A stretch of 64,000 nucleotides of DNA from Maricaulis sp. (GTDB lineage Bacteria > Pseudomonadota > Alphaproteobacteria > Caulobacterales > Maricaulaceae). The notes below the pieces were generated by a model. That model worked only from the letters and a program-made list of their open reading frames with translations, ran no database searches and was not told the DNA's origin. Positions 59,222 to 64,000 of this stretch are shown here, piece after piece. Numbering within the stretch: the first letter of the stretch is position 1; every line of letters begins with the position of its first letter. A program made the position numbers and the translations under genes. Location of the stretch: contig NZ_JBLWTL010000001.1 of NCBI RefSeq assembly GCF_048270095.1, positions 80,544 to 144,543 on the forward strand. Direction: 5' to 3'.

Positions 59222-61819
59222 ATGAGCCGATACAATCCACGTGAAGCCGAGCCAAAATGGCAGGCGGCTTGGGCGGAGCGTGACTCCTTCCGGGCGGGCG
59301 GGCCGAAGGCTCAAAACGGTAAGCCCAAATACTATGTCCTTGAGATGTTTCCCTATCCATCGGGACGCATCCATGTTGGCCATTCGCGCAATTACACGAT
59401 GGGCGACGTCATCGCCCGCTATAAGCGCGCCCGTGGCTTTGATGTCCTGCACCCTATGGGCTGGGACGCATTCGGCCTGCCCGCCGAGAATGCGGCCCGC
59501 GACCGCGGTGTGCATCCTGGAAAATGGACTCACGCCAATATCGACGTGATGCGCGGTCAGCTGCAGCGCCTCGGTCTGGCTCTGGACTGGAGCCGGGAAT
59601 TCGCGACCTGCGACCCGTCATATTACAAGCACCAGCAAGCCATCTTTCTGAAATTCTTCGAAAAAGAACTGGTCTACCGCAAGACGGCCAAGGTCAACTG
59701 GGATCCAGTTGACCAGACCGTGCTTGCCAATGAGCAGGTCATAGACGGCCGTGGCTGGCGCTCCGGTGCCCTGGTGGTACAGCGGGAACTGGATCAGTGG
59801 TTCTTCAAGATCACATCCTATGCCGACGAGTTGACCGATGCGCTGGAGACGCTCGACCGCTGGCCGGAAAAAGTCCGTGTCATGCAGGCCAACTGGATCG
59901 GGCGCTCCCGCGGTGCGACCGTCCGCTTCCCGCTGACCGAGACTGAAATCGCCGATGAGTTCGGGGCAACGATCGATGTCTTCACCACCCGGCCGGATAC
60001 CCTGTTCGGCGCCAGCTTCCTGGCTCTGGCCCCTGACCATCCTATCGTGCGCAAGATTGCCGAGGACAATCCGGAGGTCGATGTCTTCATGCGCGAATGC
60101 GCCCGGATGGGCACAACCGCCGAAGATATAGAGAAGGCGCCAAAACGCGGTGTTGATCTGGGCATTACTGTACGCCACCCCTTTGATCCAAATTGGGAAT
60201 TGCCGGTCTGGTCGGCCAATTTCGTGCTGTCATCCTACGGGACTGGTGCGATATTCGGGTCTCCGGCAGGGGATCAGCGCGATCTCGATTTCGCCCGCAA
60301 ATACGAACTTGCCGTCAATCCGGTCGTGCTGCCAGCAGGCGAGGACGCCGCGAACTACAAGGTTGAGGACGAGGCCTATACCGGGCCGGGGACAATCATC
60401 AATTCGCGCTTCCTGGATGGTCTGGACACCGATACGGCACTGCAGCGCGCGATTGCTGAGCTGGAATCTCTGGAACTTGGCGAGGGTTCAACGAGTTACC
60501 GTTTGCGCGACTGGCTGGTTTCGCGGCAGCGCTATTGGGGCTGCCCCATACCGATCATCCATTGCAACACTTGCGGTGTCGTGCCGGTACCCTCTGACCA
60601 ATTACCGGTTGTCCTGCCGGAAGACGTCACCTTCGACCAGCCGAGCAATCCGCTCGAGCGCCATCCGACATGGAAACACACCGATTGCCCGTCCTGCGGC
60701 AAGCCGGCGCGCCGCGAGACCGACACGCTCGACACCTTCGTGTGTTCATCCTGGTATTTTCTGCGCTTCACCTCGCCCTGGTCGGAAGACAAGCCGTTTG
60801 ATGCCGCCGAGGCTGAACACTGGCTGCCCGTCGACCAGTATGTTGGCGGTATTGAACACGCCATCCTGCACTTGCTCTATGCGCGCTTCTTCACCCGGGC
60901 GCTGAATGACACTGATTTGCTGAACATGGCGAGCGGCGAACCATTCGCCGGCCTGTTTACCCAGGGCATGGTCACGCACGAGACGTTCAAATCCGGCGAT
61001 GGCCGCTGGCTGTCGCCCGAAGAGGTCGACCGCAAGCATGATGGTGCGGTGGAAATAGCGACCGGCAAACCCGTCACGATTGGCGGCATTGAGAAAATGT
61101 CGAAATCCAAAAAGAACGTCGTCGATCTGGACGCTTTCGTTGAGGATTTCGGGGCGGATGCGGCGCGGTGGTTTGTCCTTTCGGATTCGCCGCCGGAACG
61201 CGATGTCGAATATACCGATAGCGGTGTGGAAGGCGTCTGGCGGTTTATCCAGCGCCTCTGGACCGTCGTGATTTCATTGCCCGAGGACGCGCCAGGACCA
61301 CTGAGTGTCGCGACCAATGTCGAGGGCGACGCCCTAGTGCTGCGCAAAATGGCCCACAAGACGCTGAAAGGCGTCACAGAGGCGATTGAGGGCTTCCGCT
61401 TCAACTCGGCCGTCGCACAGATCCACGACCTTGTGAACGCCTTGCGCAAGGCTGAGGACGGTGGTGCCGGCATGATTGAGGCCAGAGCGGAAACGCTCGG
61501 CATACTGGCCCGGCTGATTTCGCCCTTCATCCCACATCTGGCTGAAGAATGCTGGCACAGACTGGGCGGTGAAGGCCTGGTGATCGATGCGCCATGGCCG
61601 GACGTCGATCTCGACGTGCTGGTCGAGACTGACCTGGTTTTGCCTGTCCAGGTGAATGGCAAACGGCGTGGCGAGATCTCGGTTCCCAAGGATCTGGATC
61701 AGGAAAGCGTCAAACAATTGGCCATTTCCGAAGAAGGGGTGGCGCGTTCGCTCGAAGGGCTTACGATACGCAAGGTGATCGTGGTTCCAGGTCGCATCGT
61801 GAATATCGTCGCAGGATAA
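59222..61819 (+). CDS. leuS: Leucine--tRNA ligase
   Basis: [13 protein letters not shown] (HIGH), KMSKSK (KMSKS), [13 protein letters not shown]. Confidence 0.99.
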   Translation: MSRYNPREAEPKWQAAWAERDSFRAGGPKAQNGKPKYYVLEMFPYPSGRIHVGHSRNYTMGDVIARYKRARGFDVLHPMGWDAFGLPAENAARDRGVHPGKWTHANIDVMRGQLQRLGLALDWSREFATCDPSYYKHQQAIFLKFFEKELVYRKTAKVNWDPVDQTVLANEQVIDGRGWRSGALVVQRELDQWFFKITSYADELTDALETLDRWPEKVRVMQANWIGRSRGATVRFPLTETEIADEFGATIDVFTTRPDTLFGASFLALAPDHPIVRKIAEDNPEVDVFMRECARMGTTAEDIEKAPKRGVDLGITVRHPFDPNWELPVWSANFVLSSYGTGAIFGSPAGDQRDLDFARKYELAVNPVVLPAGEDAANYKVEDEAYTGPGTIINSRFLDGLDTDTALQRAIAELESLELGEGSTSYRLRDWLVSRQRYWGCPIPIIHCNTCGVVPVPSDQLPVVLPEDVTFDQPSNPLERHPTWKHTDCPSCGKPARRETDTLDTFVCSSWYFLRFTSPWSEDKPFDAAEAEHWLPVDQYVGGIEHAILHLLYARFFTRALNDTDLLNMASGEPFAGLFTQGMVTHETFKSGDGRWLSPEEVDRKHDGAVEIATGKPVTIGGIEKMSKSKKNVVDLDAFVEDFGADAARWFVLSDSPPERDVEYTDSGVEGVWRFIQRLWTVVISLPEDAPGPLSVATNVEGDALVLRKMAHKTLKGVTEAIEGFRFNSAVAQIHDLVNALRKAEDGGAGMIEARAETLGILARLISPFIPHLAEECWHRLGGEGLVIDAPWPDVDLDVLVETDLVLPVQVNGKRRGEISVPKDLDQESVKQLAISEEGVARSLEGLTIRKVIVVPGRIVNIVAG

Positions 61820-61825
61820 AATCAA

Positions 61826-62326
61826 ATGCGCCCTTTGCGTCTCGCACTCTCCACTCTGCTCCTGATCGCCTCTGCCGGGCTGTCGGCCTGCGGTTTCACG
61901 CCCATGTATGGCACCAACGGGGTTTCCAGCGAGCTGGCCGATATTCGTGTCGAAACCGGGCGCGAGCGGGTCGACTTCCGTCTGCAGGAAGCGCTGCTGG
62001 ACGGCATGGGCGCCCGATCGGCGTCCGGGCCCTACACCATCCGCGCCACGACGAGTGTGACATCAACCCCGTTTGGCGTCGGTGCCGACGCCATTGCCAG
62101 CCGCTACGCCCTGCGCATCACCGTCAATTGGCAGCTATATCAAGACGGAACGATTGATCCCGTCATGACCGGCGTCGCGCGGAGCGATGCGTCCTATGAT
62201 GTTCCCGCCGGCGTCTATGGAGCTCTGGCTTCAGAGGCAGATGCCGAGGATCGCGCCATCAATATCGCGGCTGATCGCATCATCACGCAACTGGCGCGGG
62301 CGATGCAGGACGGGCAGGCGTGGTAA
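61826..62326 (+). CDS. lptE: LPS assembly lipoprotein LptE
   Basis: Lipobox LSAC-GFTPMY; leuS-lptE-holA synteny. Confidence 0.88.
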   Translation: MRPLRLALSTLLLIASAGLSACGFTPMYGTNGVSSELADIRVETGRERVDFRLQEALLDGMGARSASGPYTIRATTSVTSTPFGVGADAIASRYALRITVNWQLYQDGTIDPVMTGVARSDASYDVPAGVYGALASEADAEDRAINIAADRIITQLARAMQDGQAW

Positions 62327-63375
62327 AAACATCGCCACGCGATGCCGATGCGCGCATCGCGCGTCCCGACCCTGCAATCAAGGCCTATCTTGTCTTCGGA
62401 CCCGACCGCGGCCTGGTCCATGAACGCGCCGATGCCCTGGCCAAAGCTCTGGTTCCCGACCCGAATGACCCGTTCGCGGTCACCCAGCTGACCGAAGACG
62501 ACCTCAAATCCGATCCCGCCAGCCTGTCAGACGCGATGGCGGCGATGTCGCTGACCGGTGGGGCACGGCTGGTGCGCGTGCGCTTGTCCGGCGAGACTGG
62601 CAGCGGCCCCATCCTGGAGCTCGTGGCGGCGCTCGAAAAGGGTCAGGCCCAGGCAGAAGCGTGTCTGGTGGTCGAATCCGGCGATCTCACCCCCCGCGGG
62701 AAGCTGCGCAAACTGTTTGAGCCAGCCAGGTCGGCGATGGCTATCGCCTGCTATGCCGACTCAGCGCAATCACTGGCGGATATTGCCACCAAAATGCTCG
62801 CCGAAGAGGGCCTGAGCCTCACGTCCGACGCTCGATCAGCCTGGCTGCCACGGCTGGAAGGCGATCGGGCCTTCGCGCGGGGAGAGATTGAAAAACTTAT
62901 TCTTTTCAAAGGCCTGAAAAGCCAGCGGGCGCCAGGCGATGATCGTGTTGAGCTCATTGATGTCGAAATGATCGCTGCAGACCAGGGCGATGCCGCGCTC
63001 GACGCGATTATCGGTCCTGTGCTGGATGGCTCAATGTCGGTGGCAGACAGCGCCTATGTCCGCGCCCTGGGCGGCGGCGCCAGTGCTGTGGGCGTATTGC
63101 GAGCCCTTCAGCGCCGCCTGGACCAGCTCGGCTCGGTTGCCGCTGCAGGCGGGGATGAAACGGCCATGGCCCGCAGTGGTGCACCACGTTACGGCCCGCA
63201 GGCCGCACAATTTCGCGGTCAGATGCAGATCTGGCGGGGGCGCAGGCTCGATGCAGCCCGCCAATTGGCCTTTGATGCCGAGCGAGCCGTCAAGCGGTCC
63301 GCCAGTCCGGCTGATACCCTGGTCGGTGACCTTCTACTGCGTCTGGCACGCGGGGCCGCGCGTATGCGGGCCTGA
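62320..63375 (+). CDS. holA: DNA polymerase III delta subunit
   Basis: YLVFGPDRGLV, SDP..L.D...AMSL.GG.RLV, L....KLRKLFE, EIEKL.LF; synteny. Confidence 0.92.
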   Translation: MVKTSPRDADARIARPDPAIKAYLVFGPDRGLVHERADALAKALVPDPNDPFAVTQLTEDDLKSDPASLSDAMAAMSLTGGARLVRVRLSGETGSGPILELVAALEKGQAQAEACLVVESGDLTPRGKLRKLFEPARSAMAIACYADSAQSLADIATKMLAEEGLSLTSDARSAWLPRLEGDRAFARGEIEKLILFKGLKSQRAPGDDRVELIDVEMIAADQGDAALDAIIGPVLDGSMSVADSAYVRALGGGASAVGVLRALQRRLDQLGSVAAAGGDETAMARSGAPRYGPQAAQFRGQMQIWRGRRLDAARQLAFDAERAVKRSASPADTLVGDLLLRLARGAARMRA

Positions 63376-63382
63376 CGGGCTT

Positions 63383-64000
63383 TTAGTGTTCGGCTGAACT
63401 GAGCCGCCGGCAGACATCATCAAGCTGCTCCAGCGTCGTATACCGGACGCGAACCTCGCCGCCATTGCTGCCATGCCGGATATCAACATCCAGTCCGAGA
63501 CGGGCCGAGATATCGGCCTCGAGCGAACGCGTGTCAGCATCCTTGTCAGCCTCACCCTTGGCAGGAGATTGGCGGCGGGACGGGGCCGGCCGGTCCAGAG
63601 CCTGGCGTGCGAGAGCTTCAGCGTCACGAACAGAAAGACCCTTATCAACAATGAGTTGGGCGAGACTTGCTGGATCGGGCGCCGTCGCAATTGCGCGGGC
63701 ATGTCCGGCGGAAATCTGGCCCTCGGCCAAGTTTGTCAGGACGATGGCAGGCAGGGAAAGCAGGCGCACCATATTGGCAATATGGCTACGGCTCTTGGAC
63801 ACGGCGCGCGCTATGTCTTCCTGTGTGTGGCCGTAACGATCAATCAGCTGGCGATAGGCCTGGGCTTCTTCAACCGGATTGAGATCAGCCCGCTGGACAT
63901 TCTCGACAATGCCGATTTCCAGCGTCTCCTGGTCGGAGAGGTGGCGAACAAGGGCAGGCACTTCATGCAGACGTGCCCGTTGTGCAGCCCGCCAGCGGCG
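63383..64000 (-). CDS. parB: Chromosome partitioning protein ParB (5' part lies outside the window)
   Basis: Frame is open to the window edge: RRWRAAQRA.LHEVP, IVENVQRADLNP.EEA, SRSHIAN..RLL.LP, GHARA. Confidence 0.97.
   Translation of the reverse strand, partial: RRWRAAQRARLHEVPALVRHLSDQETLEIGIVENVQRADLNPVEEAQAYRQLIDRYGHTQEDIARAVSKSRSHIANMVRLLSLPAIVLTNLAEGQISAGHARAIATAPDPASLAQLIVDKGLSVRDAEALARQALDRPAPSRRQSPAKGEADKDADTRSLEADISARLGLDVDIRHGSNGGEVRVRYTTLEQLDDVCRRLSSAEH

Noticed and set aside
63383-64000. parS, dif or oriC sites near parB
   Set aside because: No GTTTCACGTGAAAC-like palindrome or DnaA-box cluster was seen by eye in this window.

Overview
High-GC alphaproteobacterial chromosome segment, most likely Caulobacterales/Maricaulales-like. 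This is inferred from gene order: ffh-rpsP-rimM-trmD-rplS; rsmB-rpe-heparinase II/III-purH-hydrolase-NAD-GDH; ntrZ-like/porin/DUF3576-leuS-lptE-holA-parB. Most of the window is housekeeping, with about 60 CDS and one tRNA-Gly(GCC). I saw no integrase, transposase, prophage or CRISPR array. Best leads: (1) an uncharacterised module at 40.7-44.2 kb, a four-gene translationally coupled operon (GNAT-like protein, ElaA/YjcF-type GNAT, isochorismatase-fold protein lacking its catalytic Cys, small acidic protein) divergent from a LysR plus PraR-like XRE regulator pair; (2) three intergenic multi-hairpin RNA candidates with C-rich anti-Shine-Dalgarno-like loops at about 12.8, 40.5 and 52.2 kb, two sharing CGTCCCCCC; (3) a glutaminase whose motifs and N-terminal extension look animal GLS-like; (4) a membrane histidine kinase with an intact H-box but a degenerate ATP-binding domain, next to a Cys-rich histidine-phosphatase lipoprotein; (5) a 745-bp palindrome-rich insert between rimM and trmD. 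All family calls come from motif recognition by eye; no database search was run.
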